A DNA stretch of 64,000 nucleotides from an uncultured Lachnospiraceae bacterium (GTDB lineage Bacteria > Bacillota > Clostridia > Lachnospirales > Lachnospiraceae), in assembly GCA_947382355.1 (NCBI GenBank), contig CANCYR010000003.1:52139-116138 (forward strand). The letters run 5' to 3'. Of this stretch, positions 29,233-38,054 are shown in pieces (position 1 is the stretch's first letter; every line of letters starts with the position of its first letter). A program made the position numbers and the translations under genes. The notes below the pieces were generated by a model. The model saw only the letters and a list, made by a program, of their open reading frames with translations, was not told the origin of the DNA and ran no database searches.

Positions 29233-31887
29233 TTATTGTGGTGGAGGCTGCTGTTGCTGCTGTTGAATTTGTTGCTGCTGTTGCTGTTGTATTGCCTGTT
29301 GCTGGGCCGCCTGTTGTGCTGCCTGCTGCTGAGCCGCCTGCTGTGCTGCAATATTTGCTGCGTTGGCAGGGTCTGCAAAGTATTCCGGCGTATGCTCACA
29401 GTAGGTGATGGAAGAATTTCCATTATCGTCAGGAGGCATGGTCAGCACACCGGGAGTCTGATATGGACAGGTTGGCAATGCAGCCTTTCCGGTAGCGGCG
29501 CATACCTGACCCTGATAGTGTACAGTGCAGGTATCGGTAGGAATAGAGCCTTTTGCAAAGTATTCCGTGGCCCGGGTGCCATCGCAGACCCCTGCAATGG
29601 GAAGCTTACCGGATTTGGAGCATACCGTAGCAGTTACGATGTCTTCCGGCTTTTCAAAGCTTGCATTTGGAAGTCCCTCATGTATTCTGGACATAACACC
29701 CCGCCAAAGGGTCTTTGCAAGATTCTTTTCCTGAGAATTGGATAAATATACATTATTATCAAAGCCTGCCCAGGTAGTAGCTGTATAATAAGGCGTATAG
29801 CCTGCAAACCAGACATCTACATATTTGGAAGAAGTTCCTGTTTTGCCGGCAATGGCCATATTGCCGAAGTTTACGGAAGCGCCGGTTCCCTTTGTCACAA
29901 CATCTGTCATGGCATCTGTCAATAGGTAAGCAGTAGTCTCTTTGATAACCTGATGGCTTTCCGGCTGTGTATGGTCTACGATAACGTTGCCGTCATGGTC
30001 AATTATTTTGGTAAAGAGCGTAGGCTTCAAATAAGTACCGTTATTGGCAATGGCTGCATAGGCAGCATTTAACTCCATGTTTGTCACTCCGTCGGTAAGG
30101 CCTCCAAGAGCAGTGGACTGGTTGATATCAGACAGGATGCCGCTTTCCGTTTCCCTGCTTTCAACTAAGGTGGTAAACCCGAAATTCTTTAAATAGTCAA
30201 AGCCAAGCTGGGGAGTGATCTGGGTCAGTGTTTTAACAGCCACGATATTTAAGGATTGTTCGATTCCGTAGCGGAGGGTACAGAGACCTTTGTAATTATT
30301 TCCGTACCAGTTGGATACAGGCCTTCCATCAGCATAAGTATAAGGTGCATCATTTTGGATACTTGCTAGAGTAAGTCCTGCACTGTCCAAAGCCGGTGCA
30401 TAAACGGCAAGTATTTTAAATGTGGAACCGGGTTGGCGCATAGTGTTGCTGGCACGGTTTAAAGTACGGCTGGCTGTCTTTGCGCCCCGTCCGCCTATCA
30501 TGGCCACTACGTAACCGGTATGCTGGTCCTGCACAGTAATGGAAACCTGAGGCTGAGGGGTTAAAGTAATATTTTCACCATGAACAGTGTCCCCGTTTCC
30601 CATAACAGAAGCCTTGTATTCATCAATGGCTTCATAGGCTGCATCCTGTGATGGGAAAATAAGGTTAAAGTTCGGATTGCTGTTTTTAAAATAGGTCCGG
30701 AGCATTTCTGTGCTGTGGTTTTCCAGCGTCTTGTCTGATTTTTGAATAGTCAGCTCATAATTTAAGTACCATTTTACATCGGAAGGATAGCTTTCTTCGC
30801 TGCTGAACACCTCATCGCATATTTTCTGGATGTCAGGGTCCTGGGTGGTGTAAATGGAAAGTCCTCCGCTGTATAAAAGATTATAAGCCTGTGTTTCGTT
30901 GTAGCCCTTTTCCTCTTTTAAGACTTCAATGACCTGTTCTGTCAGCTCGTCCACAAAGTAGGAATTTACCTTTTGGACGCTGGTCACTTCATTGACAGAA
31001 GCAATCCGATCATATACGTTGTCGGCAAGGGCAGCTGCCTTTTCCTCACTGGTGATATAGCCCTGTTCTTCCATGTCCTTTAATACCTTTTCACGGCGTT
31101 CTTTATTGTATTCCGGATGGGAAATAGGATTGAATTTGGAAGGGTTCTGGGTAATTGCCGCAATGACAGCGCATTCAGACAGATTGAGCTGGGAAACCGG
31201 CTTGTTAAAATAACGCTGGGAAGCAGCCTGTACACCTAAAGTACCCTGTCCAAGATTGATGGTGTTCATATAAAGCTCCAAAATGGTTTCCTTTGCTTCA
31301 CGCTCACCGTATTTTTCCCTGTATTGCTTTTCTAACTCCAAAGCAAGATATTGTTCCTGAATTTTACGTTTGATGCTTTGCATCATGGCTTCATCAACCC
31401 AGTTTTCAAATACATTGTTTTTTAAAAGCTGCTGGGTGATGGTGCTGGCGCCTTCTGACAGGTTTCTTTCTTTTATTGCCTTGAAGCCGGCTCTTGCGAT
31501 TCCCTTAATATCAATTCCGTTATGTTCATAAAATCTCTGATCTTCAATTGCCACAAAAGCATCTGCCAGGTCCTGGGGAATTAAGTCCCTGGATACATAG
31601 CTCCGGTTGGAATTTTCGGAAATCAGCTTGGTAATCTGGTTGCCGTTACAGTCGTAAACGATGGTGGCATATCCGGAAGGGACAACGCTTAGGCTGGAAA
31701 TATCAGGTGCAGAAGCAAGAATTCCCTTGAACATCCCGATGCCCATACATCCGCCGACAACTACAGCGGCAAGAATACATGCCAGAAACGCTTTTAAAAA
31801 TGTTAAAAAAAACATTTTCCAAAATTTTGTTGATTTAGAATTAAGCTTCCGCTGTTTTTTGCGGATGCCCTTTTTACCATAGTTCAT
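29233..31887 (-). CDS. Bifunctional class A penicillin-binding protein (PBP1A-type glycosyltransferase/transpeptidase) with a poly-Gln/Ala C-terminal tail
   Basis: GT51 motifs EDQRFYEHNGID and GASTITQQL. Transpeptidase motifs STFK and KTGT. N-terminal TM anchor. The C-terminus is ...AAQQAAQQQAAQQAAQQQAIQQQQQQQIQQQQQQPPPQ. Confidence 0.92.
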   Translation of the reverse strand: MNYGKKGIRKKQRKLNSKSTKFWKMFFLTFLKAFLACILAAVVVGGCMGIGMFKGILASAPDISSLSVVPSGYATIVYDCNGNQITKLISENSNRSYVSRDLIPQDLADAFVAIEDQRFYEHNGIDIKGIARAGFKAIKERNLSEGASTITQQLLKNNVFENWVDEAMMQSIKRKIQEQYLALELEKQYREKYGEREAKETILELYMNTINLGQGTLGVQAASQRYFNKPVSQLNLSECAVIAAITQNPSKFNPISHPEYNKERREKVLKDMEEQGYITSEEKAAALADNVYDRIASVNEVTSVQKVNSYFVDELTEQVIEVLKEEKGYNETQAYNLLYSGGLSIYTTQDPDIQKICDEVFSSEESYPSDVKWYLNYELTIQKSDKTLENHSTEMLRTYFKNSNPNFNLIFPSQDAAYEAIDEYKASVMGNGDTVHGENITLTPQPQVSITVQDQHTGYVVAMIGGRGAKTASRTLNRASNTMRQPGSTFKILAVYAPALDSAGLTLASIQNDAPYTYADGRPVSNWYGNNYKGLCTLRYGIEQSLNIVAVKTLTQITPQLGFDYLKNFGFTTLVESRETESGILSDINQSTALGGLTDGVTNMELNAAYAAIANNGTYLKPTLFTKIIDHDGNVIVDHTQPESHQVIKETTAYLLTDAMTDVVTKGTGASVNFGNMAIAGKTGTSSKYVDVWFAGYTPYYTATTWAGFDNNVYLSNSQEKNLAKTLWRGVMSRIHEGLPNASFEKPEDIVTATVCSKSGKLPIAGVCDGTRATEYFAKGSIPTDTCTVHYQGQVCAATGKAALPTCPYQTPGVLTMPPDDNGNSSITYCEHTPEYFADPANAANIAAQQAAQQQAAQQAAQQQAIQQQQQQQIQQQQQQPPPQ

Positions 31888-32041
31888 AAAAAGCCTCCAT
31901 TACATACTTGAGGTTATTATACCAAAAAATCCCTTTAAATGAAAGTAATTTATTCCATATTCATAATTCTTAACAATCTTATACACTTTTATTCAGAAAT
32001 ATGATAGAATAAAACGTATGTCTTTTAAAGGTGGTGAAGGT

Positions 32042-32695
32042 ATGCCGGAAGGGTATAAAACAGTATTTTCCCAGGGAACAGGTCAGATTGTTGAAAAGAA
32101 ATCCAGGTTTATTGCAACTATAAGACCTGTTCAGACAAAGGAAGAGGCAGAAGCGTTTTTGGTGGAAATGAAAAAGAAATACTGGGATGCTACTCATAAC
32201 TGTTTTGCCTGTGTCATAGGTGAAAAGGGGGAATATGTCCGCTCCAGCGACGATGGAGAGCCGGGCGGCACCGCAGGCAGGCCCATGCTGGATGTGCTTT
32301 TAAAAGAGGAAATCCGTAACGTGGCCGTAGTAGTAACCAGATATTTCGGGGGCACCCTTTTAGGAAGCGGAGGATTGGTAAGGGCTTATCAGCAGGCAGT
32401 AAAGGAAGGTTTAAAGGAAAGCTTTATAGTGGAAAAAAAAGCAGGAATAAAGTTTCAGGCAGTATGCGGCTATAATGAATTGGGCAAGCTTCAATATGTA
32501 CTTGGGCAAAAGGGATTTTTAGTGCTTGAAACTATATTTGAAGAAAAAGTAACCATGTTTGTGCTGGTGCCGGAAAGCGAAGAAGAAGGCTGTAAGAAAG
32601 CATTGCTGGAAGCGGCAAATGGCAAGGTTGAATTTGTGGAAGGGACATCTGTTTATTATGGTGAGGTCATGGGAAAAGTAAAGGTGTTTCCTTAA
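32042..32695 (+). CDS. yigZ: YigZ/IMPACT family protein (UPF0029)
   Basis: KKSRFIATIRPVQTKEEAEAFL...KKYWDATHNCFA and DDGEPGGTAGRPML are typical of YigZ. Start is ATG 32042 after GGTGGTGAAGG. The ATG at 32018 has no SD. Confidence 0.8.
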   Translation: MPEGYKTVFSQGTGQIVEKKSRFIATIRPVQTKEEAEAFLVEMKKKYWDATHNCFACVIGEKGEYVRSSDDGEPGGTAGRPMLDVLLKEEIRNVAVVVTRYFGGTLLGSGGLVRAYQQAVKEGLKESFIVEKKAGIKFQAVCGYNELGKLQYVLGQKGFLVLETIFEEKVTMFVLVPESEEEGCKKALLEAANGKVEFVEGTSVYYGEVMGKVKVFP

Positions 32696-32760
32696 GGAGC
32701 ATACTGCAGGAAAAAGGTGATGTGCATATGCGGCATCTGTAAGAAAGAGGTGAGTTTTCA

Positions 32761-34110
32761 GTGGAAGAATTAATGAACATGGAAGAAATCAAGGAGCTGA
32801 TGGCAACAAAGCAGTATACAAGACTCAGGCAGGAGCTGGCAGAGTTAAACTATGCGGATGTTGCTGCGGTTTTTGAAGAGCTGCAGGAAGAAGAGAAATT
32901 AAAGGTATTCCGAATTCTTCCAAAAACCATGGCTGCAGATGTGTTTTCCTATCTTCCCATAGAAGACCAGCAGTTTATCATTACCTCATTGTCCGACAGG
33001 GAGGCTACGGGAATCATTGATAATCTTATGGCGGATGATGCTACAGACCTGCTTGAGGAAATGCCGGCCAATATCGTCAAAAAGCTTTTGGCAAATGCCA
33101 GCCGGGAAACAAGGCGGGATATCAATCATCTTCTGAGATACCCGGAGGATTCTGCCGGAAGCATTATGACAGTGGAATTTGTGGATTTAAAAGAAAATCT
33201 TACGGTAGGGCAGGCTATCAACCGGATACGTAAAGTCGGGCTGGATTCGGAGACCATCAACATCTGTTATGTGCTGGATAAAGAAAGAACTCTTGTGGGA
33301 ACGGTAGCCCTGAGATATTTGCTTTTAAGCCCTGCAGATGCCGTTATTGGGGATATCATGCATGAAAATGTAATTTCCCTAAATACTATGATGGATCAGG
33401 AAGAGGTTGCAAGACAGTTCCAGAAATATGACTTTACCGCCATGCCGGTAGTGGACAATGAAAACCGTCTGGTGGGTATTATTACCGTAGATGATGTTGT
33501 GGATATTTTGCAGGAAGAGGCTACGGAGGATATTGAAAAGATGGCGGCTATCGTGCCAAGCGATAAGCCCTATATGAAAACAGGGGCAGTTGAAATCTGG
33601 AAAAAAAGAATGCCATGGCTTCTTGTCCTGATGATTTCCGCCACTTTTACCGGAAGGATTATTTCTGCATATGAGGATGCCCTGAGTGCCTGCCTTGTAC
33701 TGTCAACTTTTTTTCCGATGCTCATGGACACCGGGGGAAATGCAGGGGGACAGGCAAGCGTAACCATTATCCGTGGTCTGTCTTTAAATGAAATTGAATT
33801 CAGTGATATGCCCAAAATCATCTGGAAGGAAATCAGGGTGGCATTGCTATGCGGCGTTACGTTAGCAATTGCTAATTTTGCAAAGCTTATGCTGTTGGAC
33901 AAGGTATCGCTTTTAGTTTCTGCGGTTATCTGCAGTACGCTGGTAGTGGCGGTGCTGATTGCAAAGGTGGTGGGATGTACGTTTCCCATGCTGGCAAAGA
34001 AGGCGGGGTTTGACCCGGCGGTTATGGCAAGTCCGTTTATTACTACGATAGTTGATGCGCTTGTTTTGGTGATTTATTTTAAGTTTGCGGTTTGGATTTT
34101 GCATATATAA
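32761..34110 (+). CDS. mgtE: Magnesium transporter MgtE
   Basis: An MgtE N-domain, tandem CBS domains and a C-terminal TM domain with PMLMDTGGNAGGQAS and ASPFITTIVD motifs. GTG start lies 6 nt after AGAGGTGAG. Confidence 0.92.
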   Translation: MEELMNMEEIKELMATKQYTRLRQELAELNYADVAAVFEELQEEEKLKVFRILPKTMAADVFSYLPIEDQQFIITSLSDREATGIIDNLMADDATDLLEEMPANIVKKLLANASRETRRDINHLLRYPEDSAGSIMTVEFVDLKENLTVGQAINRIRKVGLDSETINICYVLDKERTLVGTVALRYLLLSPADAVIGDIMHENVISLNTMMDQEEVARQFQKYDFTAMPVVDNENRLVGIITVDDVVDILQEEATEDIEKMAAIVPSDKPYMKTGAVEIWKKRMPWLLVLMISATFTGRIISAYEDALSACLVLSTFFPMLMDTGGNAGGQASVTIIRGLSLNEIEFSDMPKIIWKEIRVALLCGVTLAIANFAKLMLLDKVSLLVSAVICSTLVVAVLIAKVVGCTFPMLAKKAGFDPAVMASPFITTIVDALVLVIYFKFAVWILHI

Positions 34111-34133
34111 GGGGGAGGCTTGGAGAAGGGGAC

Positions 34134-34371
34134 GCGTCAGAGGGAGGCGGTATGGCTCTATGGCGGTGCGGTGGTTTGGATGGGGATTTTCCTAAACAGG
34201 CTGGGAAGGGTGTCGGCGCCGGGCGGGTCGGCATGCAGCGCCGTCCGTGGCGCGGCATGCCTAAAATTGCCGTCCATGGCAATTTTACCCTGGGTTGTGG
34301 GCAGCCTGTTAAGGAAAAGCTCCATCCAAACCAATGCACCGCCATAGAGCCATACCGCCTCCCTCTGACGC
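34134..34371. repeat. GC-rich 238-bp palindromic element A (70-nt arms, about 65/70 complementary, 98-bp centre with nested hairpins)
   Basis: The left arm 34134-34203 (GCGTCAGAGGGAGGCGGTATGGCTCTATGGCGGTGC...) is the reverse complement of the right arm 34302-34371. Local GC is far above the surrounding sequence. Confidence 0.9.
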
Positions 34372-34653
34372 TGGTTTTTCTCGGGCGGTATGCTTGGAAA
34401 GGTGGCTGCTATATCAATTTCTTTTTCAGGTAAGGTGTTTTGGGGTATTAGTTGGGGGTTTTTGGAAGTATTGAAAGGTTTTATGTATGTTTTTCAAGGT
34501 TAGGTTATTTATTTTTTTAGAATGGTGTATTTGTTGAAAATGGTTTATTAATTAGCAGCGATTGGGATTTGTTTTCAATTAAGTATATGATTGAATATAT
34601 AATTCCATGTACAGTTGAGTATATAGGAATTGGGCTTGGTAATAGAGGTGGAC

Positions 34654-34902
34654 ATGAAAGAGTATAAGGAAAAAACATGGCAGCATGAGATAACTGGTTT
34701 TGATGGAAATACTATTCTTTTTGGTGTAAATATATTTGACTATGAATGGATAAGAACAGAAGAAAAGATTGATGTTGCAGACCCCTTGTATGGTCAGAAG
34801 TATACATTTCCGGTTTATAAAGTGTTTATCAAAGAAAAAGGACACAAATTTGCTGCCGGTGAATTCAGCAATTCTGTTTTCGGCTTTTACATTCAAAAAT
34901 AA
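34654..34902 (+). CDS. Hypothetical small protein (82 aa)
   Basis: ATG 34654 lies 5 nt after AGAGGTGGA. The protein is MKEYKEKTWQHEITGFDGNTILFGVNIFDYEW.... I recognise no family. Confidence 0.5.
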   Translation: MKEYKEKTWQHEITGFDGNTILFGVNIFDYEWIRTEEKIDVADPLYGQKYTFPVYKVFIKEKGHKFAAGEFSNSVFGFYIQK

Positions 34903-34956
34903 TAAGCAAAGCCTTCTTCAAACTTTTTCACAGCTTAGAGTTCTCCAGTACACAGT

Positions 34957-35133
34957 AGGAGGAGGCGGATAATAGAAAAGTCTTGCAGGCCTTGATGAAG
35001 TCGCCGGTCCTTATGCGCCGTATTTTGGCGCATTAGTACCGCTGCGTCTTCATAGAGCGAAAGCGTGCCGGCAAGACTTTTCTATTATCCGCCTCCTCCT
35101 GCGTCCTGAAATCCAAAAAAGTCCTGAAATCCA
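34957..35133. repeat. Palindromic element B (perfect 30-nt arms, nested hairpins, tandem GTCCTGAAATCCA x2 at the right edge), homologous to elements C and D
   Basis: AGGAGGAGGCGGATAATAGAAAAGTCTTGC at 34957-34986 is the reverse complement of 35071-35100. The inner segment GAGCGAAAGCGTGCCGGCAAGACTTTTCTAT matches, in reverse complement, ATAGAAGTCTTAGTGGCACGCTTTCGCTC of element D. Confidence 0.88.
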
Positions 35134-35147
35134 CAAAATCAAAAAGC

Positions 35148-36977
35148 TTATTTCTTCATCCCCGCTCTTTTCCTCAAAGTAGGATCCAAAATCTTCTTCC
35201 GAATACGCAAATGCTCCGGCGTCACCTCTAAAAGCTCGTCGGTATCAATGAATTCAAGAGCCTGCTCCAGACTCAGGATTCTGGGAGGAGATAAGCGGAG
35301 CGCCTCGTCTGCGCTGGAGGAACGGGTATTGGTAAGCTGTTTCTTCTTGCATACGTTGATTTCAATATCCTCCGCTTTTCCAGTCTGTCCTATTACCATT
35401 CCCGCATATACTTTTTCACCGGCGCCGATAAATAGCGTTCCCCGGTCCTGAGCATTGTATAAGCCGTAGGTAATTGCCTCGCCAGCTTCAAAGGCGATTA
35501 GGGAACCCTGCTTTCTGTATTGAAGGTCGCCTTTATAGGGACCGTAGCCGTCAAAGATTGTATTGATGATTCCATTGCCTTTAGTATCTGTCATAAATTC
35601 CCCGCGGTAACCAATCAGTCCCCGGGAGGGAATGGAAAATTCCAAACGGGTATAGCCGCCGCTTGCAGCAGACATGTTGCGGAGCTCCCCTTTTCTTCCC
35701 GACAGCTTTTCGATGACGCTTCCGGAAAATTCTTCGGGAACGTCAACATAGGCTAACTCCATGGGCTCTGTTTTTTTACCGTTTTCATCTTCCTTATATA
35801 ATACCTCTGCCTTGGAAACTGCGAACTCAAAGCCTTCCCTGCGCATGTTTTCTATCAGAACGGATAAATGCAGCTCCCCTCTGCCGGATACCTTGAAGGC
35901 TTCTGTAGTTTCCGTTTCCTCCACGCGAAGGGAAACGTCCGTATTTAACTCCTTGAATAATCTGTCACGCAGATGGCGGCTTGTTACATATTTTCCCTCC
36001 TGGCCTGCAAGGGGAGAGTCGTTTACACAAAAGGTCATGGCAATGGTGGGCTCGGAAATCTTCTGGAAGGGAATGGGCTCCGGGTTTTCCGGTGAGCAGA
36101 GGGTATCGCCGATATGGATGTCCGCAATTCCTGAAATAGCTACGATGGAGCCGATTCCGGCTTCCGTTACTTCTATTTTATTCAGTCCGTCATACTCATA
36201 AAGCTTGGAAACTTTTACCTTTTTATGCTTTTCAGGGTCGTGGGCATTGACCATGAGCACTTCCTGATTTACCCGAATAGTGCCGTTATCCACTTTGCCC
36301 ACACCGATACGTCCTACATATTCATTATAGTCAATGGTGCTGATAAGCACCTGGGTACCTGCCTCGTCATCGCCCTTGGGAGCGGGAATGTAGTTCAAAA
36401 TAGTTTCAAACAGAGGCATCATATCAGAGCCTTTATCATCCATGTCCAAAGAAGCAAAACCGCCTTTGGCGGAAGCAAATACGAAAGGGCAGTCAAGCTG
36501 GCTTTCATCTGCTTCCAGGTCAATGAGAAGCTCTAATACTTCATCCACCACCTGGGCAGGCCGTGCTTCCGGTCTGTCGATTTTGTTTACGCAGACAATT
36601 ACCGGGAGCTTTAATTCCAAAGCCTTTCTTAATACGAACTTGGTCTGGGGCATGGCGCCCTCAAAGGCATCCACTACAAGGATTACGCCGTTTACCATTT
36701 TTAACACACGTTCTACCTCGCCGCCAAAATCCGCATGGCCGGGAGTATCAATAATATTTATTTTTGTATTTTTATAAGTAACAGCTGTGTTTTTGGAAAG
36801 AATGGTTATCCCTCTTTCCCGTTCAATGTCATTGGAATCCATAACCCTTTCAGCTACTTCCTGATTTTCACGGAAGACTCCGCTTTGCTTTAACAGCTCG
36901 TCCACCAGAGTGGTTTTGCCATGGTCTACATGGGCGATTATGGCAACATTTCTTACATCATCTCTTGTTCTTAACAT
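35148..36977 (-). CDS. typA: Translational GTPase TypA/BipA
   Basis: G-domain motifs AIIAHVDHGKTTL, DTPGHADF and NKID. The length of 609 aa fits. Start is at the ATG preceded by AGGAGAATATT. The track ORF is 7 codons longer. Confidence 0.93.
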   Translation of the reverse strand: MLRTRDDVRNVAIIAHVDHGKTTLVDELLKQSGVFRENQEVAERVMDSNDIERERGITILSKNTAVTYKNTKINIIDTPGHADFGGEVERVLKMVNGVILVVDAFEGAMPQTKFVLRKALELKLPVIVCVNKIDRPEARPAQVVDEVLELLIDLEADESQLDCPFVFASAKGGFASLDMDDKGSDMMPLFETILNYIPAPKGDDEAGTQVLISTIDYNEYVGRIGVGKVDNGTIRVNQEVLMVNAHDPEKHKKVKVSKLYEYDGLNKIEVTEAGIGSIVAISGIADIHIGDTLCSPENPEPIPFQKISEPTIAMTFCVNDSPLAGQEGKYVTSRHLRDRLFKELNTDVSLRVEETETTEAFKVSGRGELHLSVLIENMRREGFEFAVSKAEVLYKEDENGKKTEPMELAYVDVPEEFSGSVIEKLSGRKGELRNMSAASGGYTRLEFSIPSRGLIGYRGEFMTDTKGNGIINTIFDGYGPYKGDLQYRKQGSLIAFEAGEAITYGLYNAQDRGTLFIGAGEKVYAGMVIGQTGKAEDIEINVCKKKQLTNTRSSSADEALRLSPPRILSLEQALEFIDTDELLEVTPEHLRIRKKILDPTLRKRAGMKK

Positions 36978-37317
36978 AATATTCTCCTCATTTATCATCC
37001 AGTTTCGTGGATACTAACAATCAAACTCCTATAGTTTACCACAAATTTGTGAAAATACAACCTGCATTTTGGGATATATCAACCCTTGCACCATAGAGCA
37101 GATTTAATGACAAAATCATGAAAGTTAAAAAAGTATTAAGAATAATAAAAAAAAGTAAAGAAAATATAAAAAAAAGTAAAGAAAATATAAAAAAAACATT
37201 AAATTATCAAATTTGCGAAATTTGTCGATAAAAAAGTGTAATTTATTTTATTGTTTTATTATATAATTGGGATGTATGACAGGAAAAAATTCTTGACAAA
37301 GAAGGGAGAAACAAAAA

Positions 37318-37965
37318 ATGACAGATAAGGTTATTGAAAACAACCAGGTGACTATAATGGGAGAAATTGCAAGTCAGTTTACTTTCAGTCACGAAATTTT
37401 CGGAGAGGGATTCTATATGGTGGATGTGCTGGTGCCAAGGTTAAGCCAGTCAGCAGATTTGATTCCGCTTATGATTTCTGAAAGGCTATTAAATGTAAAG
37501 GAAGATTACAGAGGACAGAATGTATTGGTGGGAGGGCAGTTCCGCTCTTATAACCGCCATGAGGAAAGAAAAAATAAGCTTGTTCTTTCTGTGTTCGTAA
37601 GAGAAATCGAGTTTGTGGATGAAATTGATGAAAATGAAAAAACAAACCAGATTTTTCTGGATGGTTATATTTGTAAGGAAGCAATTTACAGGAAAACGCC
37701 TCTTGGAAGAGAAATTGCAGATTTGCTCTTAGCAGTGAACCGCCCTTATGGAAAAAGCGATTATATCCCCTGTATCAGCTGGGGAAGAAATGCAAGGTAT
37801 GCCAGCAATTTTGAAGTAGGCGCAAGGTGCAGAATCTGGGGAAGAATACAGAGCAGGGAATATATGAAGAAAATTTCGGAAGACCAGGTAGAAAAGCGTG
37901 TGGCATATGAAGTCTCCGTCAGCAAGCTGGAGCTGTCAGATGAAGAGGGTGCTCAAGCCGATTGA
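37318..37965 (+). CDS. Putative single-stranded DNA-binding-like protein with two tandem OB-fold-like halves (215 aa)
   Basis: Two internally similar halves: ...VTIMGEIAS...GQFRSYN... and ...IFLDGYICKE...RIWGRIQSREY.... The tail is acidic (SDEEGAQAD), as in SSB tips. SD GGGAGAAAC upstream. Confidence 0.45.
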   Translation: MTDKVIENNQVTIMGEIASQFTFSHEIFGEGFYMVDVLVPRLSQSADLIPLMISERLLNVKEDYRGQNVLVGGQFRSYNRHEERKNKLVLSVFVREIEFVDEIDENEKTNQIFLDGYICKEAIYRKTPLGREIADLLLAVNRPYGKSDYIPCISWGRNARYASNFEVGARCRIWGRIQSREYMKKISEDQVEKRVAYEVSVSKLELSDEEGAQAD

Positions 37966-38054
37966 TTAAGGAAATATTGCAAAATTTGCAAAAAACATAT
38001 TTTTGTGATATGATACGTCTCATGTTTTTATTTTGAATAATTATGAGGTGATAT

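Noticed and set aside
29221-29745. 174-aa Leu-rich ORF on the plus strand
   Set aside because: It is antisense to the poly-Gln tail and C-terminal region of PBP1A. The LLLLL runs are the reverse-complement reading of CAG/CAA repeats.
34079-34433. Three overlapping GC-rich ORFs (34079..34345 -, 34092..34433 +, 34120..34347 +)
   Set aside because: They coincide exactly with the 238-bp palindrome. Mirror-image ORFs on both strands are the expected artefact of an inverted repeat. None has an SD, and the composition is Gly/Arg/Pro-rich.
37147-37188. Perfect tandem duplication of a 21-bp A-rich unit (AAAAAAAAGTAAAGAAAATAT x2) in the typA/ssb-like intergenic region. I considered it as a possible CRISPR-like or iteron array.
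   Set aside because: There are only two copies plus a partial A-run, no spacers, and extreme AT-richness. A simple slippage duplication in a promoter region is the most likely explanation.
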